DNA from: Breznakia sp. PF5-3
Lineage (GTDB): Bacteria; Bacillota_I; Bacilli_A; Erysipelotrichales; Erysipelotrichaceae
DNA: 32,000 nucleotides
Direction of reading: 5' to 3'
NCBI RefSeq assembly: GCF_029504745.1
Contig: NZ_JAQFIQ010000005.1
Coordinates: 1-32,000, forward strand
Positions within the stretch are counted from its first letter, which is position 1. The number at the start of each line of letters is the position of its first letter. The notes below the pieces were generated by a model that saw only the letters and a program-made list of their open reading frames with translations, did not search any database and was not told the DNA's origin. This document shows positions 15,704 to 25,063 of the stretch, piece by piece. Made by a program: the position numbers and the translations under genes.

Positions 15704-16858
15704 CTCTATATATTTACCAGCTACATATCCACTAACAAAGGCAACTGTTATATTATAACCACCTGTAAAAGCGTTGATATCCATCACTTCTCCACAAAAG
15801 GATAAAGTGTCTATTATTTTTGATCCCATTGTCTTTGGATAAATCTCTTTTATAGATATTCCACCATTTGTGACAAATGCATTAGCAAAGCCTCTTGTCG
15901 TATATACAGACATTGGAAATTTTTTAATATTATGAACCAATGCCATCTCATCTTTCGATATAGATTTTAAATATTGAAGAAGACGTTTTGGCAAAGCGAT
16001 TGCTTCTTCTTTCCTTAGTTGCTCACTAATATCATTGTGATGTAGTGTTGGTAAGAAATCTATTTCAAGCATTACTTTATCTTCTTTCTCCAATCCTTTT
16101 AACACATAAGTACTCGCTCTTAGTGCTGCTGGACCAGAAATACCAAAATGTGTAAAGATCAAATCGTGATGAATACGTTTTTTTATCTTTCCGTTTTGTA
16201 ATACACTAAGTGTAACATCACTGAGTGACAACCCTTGTAATATCTTCTTTTGAATTACTTCATCATTAGACACCAAAGGCACTTCTGCTGGTAGTAAATC
16301 ACTAATCGTATGCCCTGCTTTTTTTGCCAAAGCATATCCAGAACCATCAGATCCTGTAGTGTGATAGGTTTTCCCACCAGTAGCAAGAATTATATGATCA
16401 TAATGATAATCTTCTTGCTCTGTATATAGTATTTGTTGCTTATAATCAACATCTAAAACCTTACTTTGAAATACAATTTTCACATGTAATGCTTTTAATT
16501 TCCTTGTTAGTGCTTTGCGAATATCTTCTGCTTTATCACTTTTCGGAAAGACCCGATGATGATCTTCTACTTTTAATGGACAATCCATTGATACAAAAAA
16601 AGATTGAATCGATGTTGCATCAAACTCTTGTAAACTACTGAATAAAAACTTTCCATTCTTCACAATATTAGCAATAAGTTCATCATGTCCTACATCTGCA
16701 GTTACATTACAGCGTCCCCCACCTGTTAGCATTAATTTTTTCCCTAGTTGTTCATTACGTTCTAGAATAGTTACCTCATAGGTAGGATGATGTGTCTTTG
16801 CAGAGATTGCCGCCATCATACCTGCTGGTCCACCACCAATTATATAGACTTTTTTCAT
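15701..16858 (-). CDS. NAD(P)/FAD-dependent oxidoreductase, HI0933/BaiN-like flavoprotein family
   Basis: Track ORF 15701..16900. Start trimmed to the ATG at 16858 (MKKVYIIGGGPAGMMAA, Rossmann GxGxxG), preceded by GAAGGAG and an extended -10 TGgTATAAT. Family motif LTGGGRCNVT. Confidence 0.85.
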   Translation of the reverse strand: MKKVYIIGGGPAGMMAAISAKTHHPTYEVTILERNEQLGKKLMLTGGGRCNVTADVGHDELIANIVKNGKFLFSSLQEFDATSIQSFFVSMDCPLKVEDHHRVFPKSDKAEDIRKALTRKLKALHVKIVFQSKVLDVDYKQQILYTEQEDYHYDHIILATGGKTYHTTGSDGSGYALAKKAGHTISDLLPAEVPLVSNDEVIQKKILQGLSLSDVTLSVLQNGKIKKRIHHDLIFTHFGISGPAALRASTYVLKGLEKEDKVMLEIDFLPTLHHNDISEQLRKEEAIALPKRLLQYLKSISKDEMALVHNIKKFPMSVYTTRGFANAFVTNGGISIKEIYPKTMGSKIIDTLSFCGEVMDINAFTGGYNITVAFVSGYVAGKYIE

Positions 16859-16887
16859 AGATTCTCCTTCTATAATATTATACCAAA

Positions 16888-16916
16888 TAAAAAATGCCAA
16901 TTAAGGCATTATTTTT
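16888..16916 (-). terminator. Intrinsic terminator after the 68-aa membrane peptide gene
   Basis: aatgcc-aattaa-ggcatt is flanked by A- and T-runs and overlaps the stop codon at 16909..16911. Confidence 0.45.
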
Positions 16917-17115
16917 CTGATACATAACTAACGATTAAAAACACAATAAATACTGGTAGTAAAATTTTAAAAACAAAACTCACTACAACTGATAATAACC
17001 AGAAAACCGTACTTATTAAAAGCACTGGAATCATAATACGTAAAATTGCTTCTATTACATACCCATCATTCCATAAATAAATCGTTTGATTAAGATAACT
17101 TTTAAAAATCCCCAT
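16909..17115 (-). CDS. Small hydrophobic protein, two predicted TM helices (hypothetical)
   Basis: 68 aa. GGAGTG lies 9 nt upstream of the ATG, which is 13 nt downstream of comEB. Hydrophobic stretches ILRIMIPVLLISTVFWLLSVVV and FKILLPVFIVFLIVSYV. Confidence 0.55.
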   Translation of the reverse strand: MGIFKSYLNQTIYLWNDGYVIEAILRIMIPVLLISTVFWLLSVVVSFVFKILLPVFIVFLIVSYVSEK

Positions 17116-17128
17116 TTTTTATTCACTC

Positions 17129-17617
17129 CTAAACATTTTCTATTTTTTCTACATTTAATTTTAGACGATATGATAATTTTTCATATTTCACACCTGCAGC
17201 TTCAAACATCTTTCTACTCGCCGCTGCTGCATCTGATTTAAAATTCTTATCATCTTCAAATACCACCCGAATAATACCACTTTGAATAATTGCTTTTGCA
17301 CATTCATTACAAGGAAATAAAGATACATATAAACTACATCCTCGTAAATCTTCGCCACTGTTTAAAATTGCATTTAACTCAGCATGAACAACAAAAGGAT
17401 ATTTTGTATTTAAATAATCACCTTCTTTACCCCAAGGAAAGACATCATCATCACATCCTTTTGGTAAGCCATTATATCCAATACCGACAACCTTTTTATC
17501 ATCTGAGACGATACAAGCACCAACTTGTGTAACAGGATCCTTTGAACGTAATGCACTTAAATGTGCCAACCCCATAAAATATTCATCCCATGTTAGTACA
17601 TCTTTTCGCTTCATCAT
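17129..17617 (-). CDS. comEB: dCMP deaminase (ComEB/cytidine-deoxycytidylate deaminase family)
   Basis: 162 aa. Zinc-binding CDA motifs HAELNA and PCNECAK. N-terminus TWDEYFMGLA is typical of dCMP deaminases. Confidence 0.9.
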   Translation of the reverse strand: MMKRKDVLTWDEYFMGLAHLSALRSKDPVTQVGACIVSDDKKVVGIGYNGLPKGCDDDVFPWGKEGDYLNTKYPFVVHAELNAILNSGEDLRGCSLYVSLFPCNECAKAIIQSGIIRVVFEDDKNFKSDAAAASRKMFEAAGVKYEKLSYRLKLNVEKIENV

Positions 17618-17623
17618 TTCCTC

Positions 17624-18874
17624 CTACTCTTCATATAGGGTTACTACCCTATCTTCAATATAGTCTGCATAACCATCCAATCCTAGATTATGAAGATGTT
17701 TTATAACTTGATAATCAGTTTTTGGAAAAAGTGGTTCTACACTATTGTTATTATACCCTAAATATCCTAGGCAACCTAGGAAAATCACAAAACAGATTGT
17801 TACATGTGGTTTATAAGCTTTCCATCGATCACTCTTAATAAAGATAAAACCTAATACTGCTCCAGCCAAAAAACCTCCAAGGTGCGCCGTCATACTAATT
17901 CCTGGCAATAAAGAAATCAATAGGTTAATCGATACAATTCGTAAAATAGAGTTACGTACTTGAGGAATCTTGATAGTACGATTTTCAAAAGCAATGACAA
18001 TCACAGCTGCCATAAGCCCATATAACCCACCAGATACTCCTACTGACATCAAATTATCCATCACAACAAAAGTAACAATATTTCCAACAATTACCGATAC
18101 AATTAAAATAATGAGATATTGTGCTTTCGTAAATACTTTCTCAATTACCTTTCCTAAGGTGTATAAAGCAATCATATTCATTAAGAGATGCGAAATATTC
18201 ATATGCAATAAACCCGCTGTAAATAATCGCCAATATTCATTGGCTGCAACAATAAACGTCTTATAATACGCGCCACAGATAATTAATGTATCATTCCAAA
18301 CATTATCACTACCCCAGCCACCTAAATAATTAGAAACACCAAATGTCAAAAAGAATATAGCAATAAAAACCGCTATTAATATTCCAGTGAACTTTGGTAC
18401 TTTATTTGCTTCTTTTTGTTGTTCATATAACCGTTTGTTTTGATGGTTTTGTAGATTTTTATTAATCCTTTTAATTTCCTCTTGTTTGTTTTCAACCTTA
18501 TGAATTGCTGATTTTAACGCTGGAAAAGTTTCTATCAAGTTTATATCTTCTGTATTTTCATTTAACAATACTTGGGTAAACTCATTTTCAGCAAACTCTG
18601 CACTCTCTTTATTCGTATTAATAATCAACACATTTCTATCACTTTCGATAAAACGATTCAAAAAAGTTTTTACTTTTTCTAAATACTCTGTTTCAAACAT
18701 CATTGAAGAAGATGCAACTGCATTGAGTCGAATGATAGGATATTGCTTGTGATCCTTATTGGTAAGCCACAAGTCCTTTTTCTGACCACTAAAGCGAATA
18801 ATATTATATTCATAGTTCTCAACTAAACAATCCATTATTTGATATAACGTCACATCTTTGTCTTGTAGTTCCAT
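17624..18874 (-). CDS. Rhomboid-family intramembrane serine protease with a ~165-aa N-terminal cytoplasmic domain
   Basis: 416 aa. Motifs HLLMNM, catalytic GVSGGLYGL (GxSG) and AHLGGFLAG (catalytic His). Multiple TM helices in the C-terminal 250 aa. Confidence 0.88.
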   Translation of the reverse strand: MELQDKDVTLYQIMDCLVENYEYNIIRFSGQKKDLWLTNKDHKQYPIIRLNAVASSSMMFETEYLEKVKTFLNRFIESDRNVLIINTNKESAEFAENEFTQVLLNENTEDINLIETFPALKSAIHKVENKQEEIKRINKNLQNHQNKRLYEQQKEANKVPKFTGILIAVFIAIFFLTFGVSNYLGGWGSDNVWNDTLIICGAYYKTFIVAANEYWRLFTAGLLHMNISHLLMNMIALYTLGKVIEKVFTKAQYLIILIVSVIVGNIVTFVVMDNLMSVGVSGGLYGLMAAVIVIAFENRTIKIPQVRNSILRIVSINLLISLLPGISMTAHLGGFLAGAVLGFIFIKSDRWKAYKPHVTICFVIFLGCLGYLGYNNNSVEPLFPKTDYQVIKHLHNLGLDGYADYIEDRVVTLYEE

Positions 18875-18880
18875 ATACGA

Positions 18881-19789
18881 TCACTCCTTCCTTAAGGTTT
18901 CTAATACTTCTTTAAATATATCCGGCATCTCTGCTTGGACTACGACCTCTTCATCTGTCACAGGATGCTTAAAACGCAATTCATAAGCATGTAGTAATTG
19001 TCCACCTGTTCGCATTGTCTTTCGATAAGCGTAGGCTTCATCACCGGCAATAGGATGCTTGATATATTGCATATGTACACGAATTTGATGTGTTCTACCA
19101 GTTTCTAGTGTACATTCAACAAACGTATAATTTTCAAATCGCTCTAATACCTTAAAATGAGTAATTGCTGGTTTGCTATTTTGCTCGCAGACACACATCT
19201 TTTTACGATCTTTTACATCTCTACCAATTGGTGCATCAATCGTTCCATAATCATGTTCTATTACCCCATGGACTAGTGCATAATATTTACGTGATACTTG
19301 CTTCTTCTGCAATTGTTCACTCAAGCTCATATGCGCTTGATCATTTTTCGCAATAATTAACAAACCACTCGTATCTTTATCAATACGATGTACAATGCCA
19401 GGACGTAAAACACCATTAATTCCACTTAAATCGTGACAATGATATAAAATTGCATTCACTAAAGTTCCTTGATAATTTCCAACTGCTGGATGTACAACCA
19501 TCCCTCTAGGTTTATTTACCACCAAAACATCTTGATCTTCATAAACAATATCAATTGGTATATCCTCTGCTTCAATCTGCAATTTACTCGCTTCAGGAAT
19601 CTCAATTGATATTTTATCTGCTATTTTTAGCTTATAATTATTTTTCACTGGTCTATCATTTACTAAAATGGCTTCTTCATTAATTAATGATTGAATCCTA
19701 CTTCTAGACATATCCAAATGATCACTTATATATTTATCAATGCGCACATCCATTTGTTCTTCTGTGACTTCAATTACTTCTTTACACAT
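18881..19789 (-). CDS. rluD: 23S rRNA pseudouridine synthase, RluA/RluD family
   Basis: 302 aa. N-terminal S4 domain ([10 protein letters not shown]...SRSRIQSLI). Catalytic motif [16 protein letters not shown]. Overlaps the lspA stop by 8 nt. Confidence 0.9.
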   Translation of the reverse strand: MCKEVIEVTEEQMDVRIDKYISDHLDMSRSRIQSLINEEAILVNDRPVKNNYKLKIADKISIEIPEASKLQIEAEDIPIDIVYEDQDVLVVNKPRGMVVHPAVGNYQGTLVNAILYHCHDLSGINGVLRPGIVHRIDKDTSGLLIIAKNDQAHMSLSEQLQKKQVSRKYYALVHGVIEHDYGTIDAPIGRDVKDRKKMCVCEQNSKPAITHFKVLERFENYTFVECTLETGRTHQIRVHMQYIKHPIAGDEAYAYRKTMRTGGQLLHAYELRFKHPVTDEEVVVQAEMPDIFKEVLETLRKE

Positions 19790-20264
19790 CGACTTTCACC
19801 CCGATTCCTTTTAAAAATTCATCTAAGAGCAATAATCCAATACCAATACACAAACACATATCCGCTATATTGAATACAGGAAAATCATATCCAAAAATTA
19901 TAAAATCCAAAAAATCTCTTACATATTGAAACATCAAACGATCAATAAAATTTCCTAACGTTCCAGAAATCATTAAGATGATACCAACCTTTGATAACAT
20001 CTTTTCCCCTTTTAAATTACGATAATAAAAAATCAACAAAACAAGAGCTACAATTGTAATAAGATAAAAGAAAACCATCTTTCCTTCAAATAAACTCCAT
20101 GCTGCTCCCGTATTACGAACATAGGTAATATCAAAAAAAGAAGGAATGATAGAAACTGATTCCCCTAAACGCAAGGATCCTTCAATTGCATATTTACTTA
20201 TTTGATCTAGCAACAAGCTACCTATAAAAATAATAGCTAAGATAATTTTATTTCTCTTTTTCAT
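19782..20264 (-). CDS. lspA: Lipoprotein signal peptidase II
   Basis: Track ORF 19782..20276. The ATG at 20264 (MKKRNKIIL) lies 5 nt after GAGGG. Motifs VRNTGAAWS and FNIAD (catalytic Asp residues). Four TM segments. Confidence 0.9.
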   Translation of the reverse strand: MKKRNKIILAIIFIGSLLLDQISKYAIEGSLRLGESVSIIPSFFDITYVRNTGAAWSLFEGKMVFFYLITIVALVLLIFYYRNLKGEKMLSKVGIILMISGTLGNFIDRLMFQYVRDFLDFIIFGYDFPVFNIADMCLCIGIGLLLLDEFLKGIGVKVDV

Positions 20265-20292
20265 AATTTCCCTCATTTATTTGCATTTTAAT

Positions 20293-20320
20293 ATTATAAC
20301 ACCTTTGCTTATGTTTTCAA
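20293..20320 (-). promoter_or_regulatory. Promoter of the lspA-rluD transcription unit
   Basis: Minus strand reads TTGAAA (20315..20320), 16 nt spacer, TGtTATAAT (extended -10, TATAAT at 20293..20298). Confidence 0.6.
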
Positions 20321-20366
20321 AAATTAAGTACTTTTTATAAAGAAAAAAGCATTTCCAAAAAAGGAA

Positions 20367-21023
20367 CTACTTTTTTGTTTTTGCCAATGATTTTTTATAT
20401 GCCTCAAATTTTTTATTCTTACAAAAACTAACAAAAGCACACTGCTCACATTTTGGATTTCTTGCCGTACAATGATAACGTCCAAAAAAGATAAACAGAT
20501 GATGTGCTTTATTCCAATATGCACGATCTATTTTTCGCTTCAATTTCGTTTCAACAACTTCTACATTATCACCAAACTTAGCAAATCCTAAGCGTTTTGA
20601 TATTCGCTCTACATGTGTATCTACTGCCATAGAAGGAATATCAAACCATACCGAACGTACTACATTTGCTGTTTTTCTACCAACCCCTGGTAGACTCGTC
20701 AACGCTGAAAAAGAACTTGGTACTTTACCATCATAGGTTTCATCCAATGCTTTAGCACAAGCTTTAATATTCGCTGCCTTATTACGATATAAACCGATTC
20801 GACGAATACAATTTTCAATATCTTTTATATCGCCTTCCCCAAGTGCTTTGGGTGTAGGAAACTGCGCGAATAGATTAGGTGTTACTTTATTAACTGCTTG
20901 ATCTGTAGTCTGCGCACTTAAAATTACCGCAATGATAAGCTCATAATCATTTTTATGAACTAGTTCACACTCTGCATCCGGAAACATTGATTCCATCGTA
21001 TCCAAGATAAACTTTACATCCAT
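20367..21023 (-). CDS. nth: Endonuclease III (DNA glycosylase/AP lyase)
   Basis: 218 aa. HhH-GPD motif LPGVGRKTANVV. [4Fe-4S] motif C-x6-C-x2-C-x5-C (CTARNPKCEQCAFVSFC). Confidence 0.92.
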   Translation of the reverse strand: MDVKFILDTMESMFPDAECELVHKNDYELIIAVILSAQTTDQAVNKVTPNLFAQFPTPKALGEGDIKDIENCIRRIGLYRNKAANIKACAKALDETYDGKVPSSFSALTSLPGVGRKTANVVRSVWFDIPSMAVDTHVERISKRLGFAKFGDNVEVVETKLKRKIDRAYWNKAHHLFIFFGRYHCTARNPKCEQCAFVSFCKNKKFEAYKKSLAKTKK

Positions 21024-21568
21024 CAGCGTTTCCCCTCTTCATAGTCCTTTGCTGTTAATTGTTTTTCTTTCCAATTAATTAATATAACATCAATATAATC
21101 AAAACTACGTTTTTCATAAACAACCGCTTCACGAAGTGCATACTCAATCAATTGAAGATCATATGTAGCCATCCATTCACTAAGACGTTGCGACTCTAAA
21201 GAAGTCAAAGGACGAGCAAATTCACTCTCATATAATTCAAATAAATTTGTATATTCATTAGTGGATAATACTTCAAGATTTTCTTTTACTCGAAAGACTC
21301 CATCTAAGCAATAAATAACTTGTCGATTTTGCATCTTAATCTCTACATATCCACGATTCATCAACGAATTCAAAAGTTGATCTAAATGCATAGCTGTCAT
21401 TTTACATTGTTTTGCTGTTTGTTCTAAATCAAAATTAATATTAAATTCATTACAATAATCAATATATAATAAGATGAATGTTTCTTCAGCACTAATATCT
21501 AAAGCTGCTATTTCACTCAAAATAAAATTGCGGCGATTAAAATATGTTTTCTGATACAATGTATTCAT
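21023..21568 (-). CDS. dnaD: DnaD-domain replication initiation/membrane attachment protein
   Basis: 181 aa. C-terminal DnaD/DnaB-type region LTSLESQRLSEWM...YALREAVVYEKRSFDYIDVILINWK. Conserved dnaD-nth adjacency as in Bacillus. The stop/start overlap with nth is 1 nt. Confidence 0.75.
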   Translation of the reverse strand: MNTLYQKTYFNRRNFILSEIAALDISAEETFILLYIDYCNEFNINFDLEQTAKQCKMTAMHLDQLLNSLMNRGYVEIKMQNRQVIYCLDGVFRVKENLEVLSTNEYTNLFELYESEFARPLTSLESQRLSEWMATYDLQLIEYALREAVVYEKRSFDYIDVILINWKEKQLTAKDYEEGKR

Positions 21569-21570
21569 CT

Positions 21571-22026
21571 TTACTTGCCTCCACTATAGAATAATAACTC
21601 TAAATTTTCAAAATCATAAACTAACATATCAATATCATTTTCAAATATATATACAACACTATCATATCCATAAGAAACAACTGGTTCAATCCCGTTGAAT
21701 TCTTCATATTTAGATTGTTTTTCCTTCACTTCATCAAACTGTGCTTCCTTCTTTCCACGTGATGCAATTTTCTTACCATTTTTATCATAAATTACATATT
21801 CAGAAGATGTTTCACATGTATAAGTAACAAATTCAAAGCTATATCGATCGATACTCTCACAAGTATCCTCATCATTTCTAATCTTATCTATTACTTTTTC
21901 TTCAGCACTTTGGTTTTTTAGTACTGGCCCACTTATAAAAATTGCCATAACCCCAATCATAATCAAGAGAGTCAATAAAAGTAAAGCTAACGTTATTAAA
22001 ATTGTCTTAATATTAATCTTTTTCAT
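21571..22026 (-). CDS. Membrane-anchored extracytoplasmic protein, possibly TseB/YpmB (PepSY-like) family
   Basis: 151 aa. N-terminal TM helix ILITLALLLLTLLIMIGVMAIFI. Position just upstream of dnaD parallels the ypmB neighbourhood of Bacillus. The family call rests on context and architecture only. Confidence 0.4.
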   Translation of the reverse strand: MKKINIKTILITLALLLLTLLIMIGVMAIFISGPVLKNQSAEEKVIDKIRNDEDTCESIDRYSFEFVTYTCETSSEYVIYDKNGKKIASRGKKEAQFDEVKEKQSKYEEFNGIEPVVSYGYDSVVYIFENDIDMLVYDFENLELLFYSGGK

Positions 22027-22036
22027 ATTGTCTCCT

Positions 22037-22720
22037 TTACTTTACATCATATTTGATAAATGACTCACAAAACATTGCACTTCGCTCACTAGCTTGTATT
22101 GCATATTCCATAAAATCCATTTCACTATTGGTATGATATGCGTTGTCTGATAAAGAGCGTAGGATAATACATGGAATTTTGAAATGATTACATACAAAGG
22201 CAATTGCACCTGCCTCCATCTCACAAGCAATCACTTCTGGAAAATGATCCTTAATTGTATTTACCTGAGACATTTTGTGAACAAAGCTATCACCACTAGC
22301 AATTGCACCAACCCATATCGTATGCGTTTCTTCAGCTAAAACAGCTAAAGCCTTTTCAATCAATGTTTCATCACTATAAGATATAATACCATAGCCTTCA
22401 TCGCCATCCAATCCACTTGTATCATAATCATGTTGGATGATTTCTTTCGCTATAACCAAATCCAATACTTCTTGTGTTTCTTTTAAACCACCTGCTGTTC
22501 CAATATTGATAACATACTCAATATCAAATGTAGAAAGCAATAGCGTTGTTGTCATTGATGCATTCACTTTACCAACACCACTTAATGCTAAAACAACCTC
22601 TTGTTCACCCATTTTTCCTTTGGTAATTTTAATATTTGATACCACGCTATCTTCACAGCTTGTAAGCTTTGATTTCAAGGCATTTACTTCAATCTCCATA
22701 GCTCCTATAATTGCAATCAT
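22037..22720 (-). CDS. mtnN: 5'-methylthioadenosine/S-adenosylhomocysteine nucleosidase
   Basis: 227 aa. MIAIIGAMEIEV N-terminus, SGVGKVNA, and catalytic region ACEMEAGAIA. Confidence 0.9.
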   Translation of the reverse strand: MIAIIGAMEIEVNALKSKLTSCEDSVVSNIKITKGKMGEQEVVLALSGVGKVNASMTTTLLLSTFDIEYVINIGTAGGLKETQEVLDLVIAKEIIQHDYDTSGLDGDEGYGIISYSDETLIEKALAVLAEETHTIWVGAIASGDSFVHKMSQVNTIKDHFPEVIACEMEAGAIAFVCNHFKIPCIILRSLSDNAYHTNSEMDFMEYAIQASERSAMFCESFIKYDVK

Positions 22721-23418
22721 ACACTACCCTTTCTACAAACAAAAAAATATTTTTCGCCACTTTGAATTCCTTTTTTCTCAAAATCCGTAAATATTTCTAA
22801 ATGAAAGCCAATTGCTTCTAGCAATTGTTTTACTTCCTGAGGATCAAATACATTTTGTATATGGTTTTCATATTGTGGATTTCCTCTATCATCATAAAAA
22901 ATAAAATTATGATAAAGTTTATCCTCCTCTGAACAAATACTCCATGTATATTCTACTCCATCAACAATGCCAGCTTCATAAAATGCTTCTGAGAACTCTT
23001 CTAAGCGATCTAAAGAATGCATATCAAACATCCAAACACCTTGTTCATTTAAATGCTCATATACCGAAGTAAAGACATTTACCAAATCATCACTCTCTAG
23101 ATAATTAAGACTATCACAAAAGCATATGATTGCATCATAATGATTTGAATCATTTATCTTTGTCATATCCATTAATTGATAATCAATAAGTTTGGTAGCA
23201 TCCTTAGCTTTGGCAACTTTCAACATAGAAGCTGAAATATCACTGGCTACCATACGATATCCCGTTTTTGCCAACGCCAAGCTGATTTCTCCACTTCCAC
23301 AAGCCAATTCCATGATTGAATCACCAAGCATATGTTGCTTTACAAATTCCACATATTGCTTGGTTGCATCTTCATCTTTTACTAAGCTATCGTAGTGTTT
23401 GGCTAACACATTATACAT
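22717..23418 (-). CDS. Class I SAM-dependent methyltransferase (YqeM-like)
   Basis: Track ORF 22717..23451. The ATG at 23418 (MYNVLAKHYD) lies 5 nt after GAGGG. SAM-binding motif I is IMELACGSGE. Position after rsfS matches Bacillus yqeM. Confidence 0.8.
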   Translation of the reverse strand: MYNVLAKHYDSLVKDEDATKQYVEFVKQHMLGDSIMELACGSGEISLALAKTGYRMVASDISASMLKVAKAKDATKLIDYQLMDMTKINDSNHYDAIICFCDSLNYLESDDLVNVFTSVYEHLNEQGVWMFDMHSLDRLEEFSEAFYEAGIVDGVEYTWSICSEEDKLYHNFIFYDDRGNPQYENHIQNVFDPQEVKQLLEAIGFHLEIFTDFEKKGIQSGEKYFFVCRKGSV

Positions 23419-23755
23419 GCTGTCCCTCTTCAATCCTAGGTAAATCAGCATACAACCGCTCTAATTTATACAATTCCCTTTCTTCATCTAAGAAAATATG
23501 CACGATGATATCATCGGCATCAATCAAAATCCAACGAGAGTCTTTATTTCCTTCAAAGTGATGAATCGAATACCCATTCATCTTTAAATCATCACGAATA
23601 TTATTCGCAATAGCATATACTTGCCGCAAGTTGTCTGCATGGGTAATTACAACCCTGTCAATAAAAGGATTCAAAGCTGTGAAATCATAAATGATAACAT
23701 CTTCTCCTTTGGTTTTATTTATTGCATCAATAATTAAATCTAATTTTTTATTCAT
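23411..23755 (-). CDS. rsfS: Ribosome silencing factor RsfS
   Basis: 114 aa. Typical RsfS pattern (KGEDVIIYD ... DRVVITHADNLRQVYAIANNI ... WILIDADDIIVHIF). Conserved position after nadD/yqeK. Confidence 0.88.
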   Translation of the reverse strand: MNKKLDLIIDAINKTKGEDVIIYDFTALNPFIDRVVITHADNLRQVYAIANNIRDDLKMNGYSIHHFEGNKDSRWILIDADDIIVHIFLDEERELYKLERLYADLPRIEEGQHV

Positions 23756-24782
23756 CTAAAAACTCCTCACCATAAAATTTTTCCTGGTCTTCTTTTACTG
23801 CTTTAAATCCAGCATGAATATCTGTCAATGCGATATTCCATAATTTTTGTGTATCATAATCTCTATCTGGATCTAATTTGTCTGCGATATATAAAATTTT
23901 CGCATAGATTGCATTGCTACTTCCCAACACATGATGTTCAATCGCCTCTAATATGCGATGATCATAAATTCCTAAATGGTGCTTACATACATAACTTCCC
24001 AAAAATCCATGCCAGATACTTTCCTTGGTCTTCAACAGATTAGGTTGAAGGTGTTCGATAATCACTTTCGCATCCGCCAAAGAAAGATAGGTAAACTCTT
24101 TATTAATATCGTGATACATACCTGCTAAATATGCAATCTTTTCATCATATCCATGAACCTTAGCTAAGTTAACACAAAGCTCAGCTACTCGCATACTGTG
24201 TTGATAGCGATACTCACTCATATAATTACTTACAATTCCAGCATATATATAATTCTCACTGATATATCTTTTTACTTTTGGATTTAGATAAGTTAACTTA
24301 CCTTCACGAATTGTACTACTACTAATAGGATAAGGATTCATATGTAAAGGATGAAGTTTATAATCAGAAGTATATTTTTTTCCATCCCTTTCAAAATAAC
24401 ACAGAGATACTTCCTGTTGAAGTTTATCAATATCCTTCCACTTATCCAATTGCTCTACCTGATCTCCACCAACGATAAAGAAAAAAGCAGAATCTTTATA
24501 AAGCTTTTTCAATTTGTGAACCGTATCAATTGTATAATTTTTTCCCTTATTCGTTTTTTCAATTGTACATACTTTGAAATTACGATAAGAAGCTATTGCA
24601 AGCTTAACCATGTTCACTCGTATTTGATAATCACTGAGCACTCTTTCCTTTAATGGTGTATCGTTGCTTACAACAAACCATACCTCATCCAAATGCAATT
24701 GTCGTTTTGCTTGTTTGGCCATTTCCACATGTCCTAAGTGAATCGGATCAAAACTACCTCCCAGCAAACCAACTTTTCTCAT
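23748..24782 (-). CDS. nadD: Fusion protein: nicotinate-nucleotide adenylyltransferase (NadD) plus HD-domain YqeK-type hydrolase
   Basis: 344 aa single ORF. N-terminal half has GGSFDPIHLGHV (HxGH) and ISSSTIR (ISSTxxR). C-terminal half has HD-domain motifs RYQHSMRVAE ... GMYHDINK ... HH. No stop or frameshift between the halves. Confidence 0.85.
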   Translation of the reverse strand: MRKVGLLGGSFDPIHLGHVEMAKQAKRQLHLDEVWFVVSNDTPLKERVLSDYQIRVNMVKLAIASYRNFKVCTIEKTNKGKNYTIDTVHKLKKLYKDSAFFFIVGGDQVEQLDKWKDIDKLQQEVSLCYFERDGKKYTSDYKLHPLHMNPYPISSSTIREGKLTYLNPKVKRYISENYIYAGIVSNYMSEYRYQHSMRVAELCVNLAKVHGYDEKIAYLAGMYHDINKEFTYLSLADAKVIIEHLQPNLLKTKESIWHGFLGSYVCKHHLGIYDHRILEAIEHHVLGSSNAIYAKILYIADKLDPDRDYDTQKLWNIALTDIHAGFKAVKEDQEKFYGEEFLDE

Positions 24783-25063
24783 ACATCAATAACCTTCTTT
24801 TTACTTCTACGAAATAAAACGATTGTCTTCCCAATCAATTGTACAACTTCACTATTGGTTGCACCTGCAAGATCCAAAGCCATCTCTTTGATATTATCAT
24901 CACAGTTTTTTAATACACTAATTTTTACTAATTCATGTGCTTCTAACGCCAAATCAACGGTTTCAATCAAGTTTGCTCCCAAACCTTCTTTACCAATTTG
25001 AATAATTGCATTTAAATTTACAGCTAAACTTCTCAAATAACGTTTTTGTTTTCCACTAAGCAT
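24779..25063 (-). CDS. yhbY: YhbY/YqeI-type CRM-domain RNA-binding protein
   Basis: 94 aa. LSGKQKRYLRSLA ... IQIGKEGL ... ELVKI is typical of the family. Position between yqeH and nadD. Confidence 0.85.
   Translation of the reverse strand: MLSGKQKRYLRSLAVNLNAIIQIGKEGLGANLIETVDLALEAHELVKISVLKNCDDNIKEMALDLAGATNSEVVQLIGKTIVLFRRSKKKVIDV

Noticed and set aside
20321-20366. Terminator between nth and the lspA promoter
   Set aside because: Only weak, AT-only hairpins (ttcc-tttttt-ggaa and ctttt...aaaag) are present. Not convincing enough to annotate.
20324-20524. 66-aa minus-strand ORF overlapping the 3' end of nth, and similar alternative-frame ORFs at 22042..22230 (inside mtnN) and 30048..30299 (inside infB)
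   Set aside because: These are out-of-frame overlaps with strongly supported genes. They have no RBS and no recognisable protein features.
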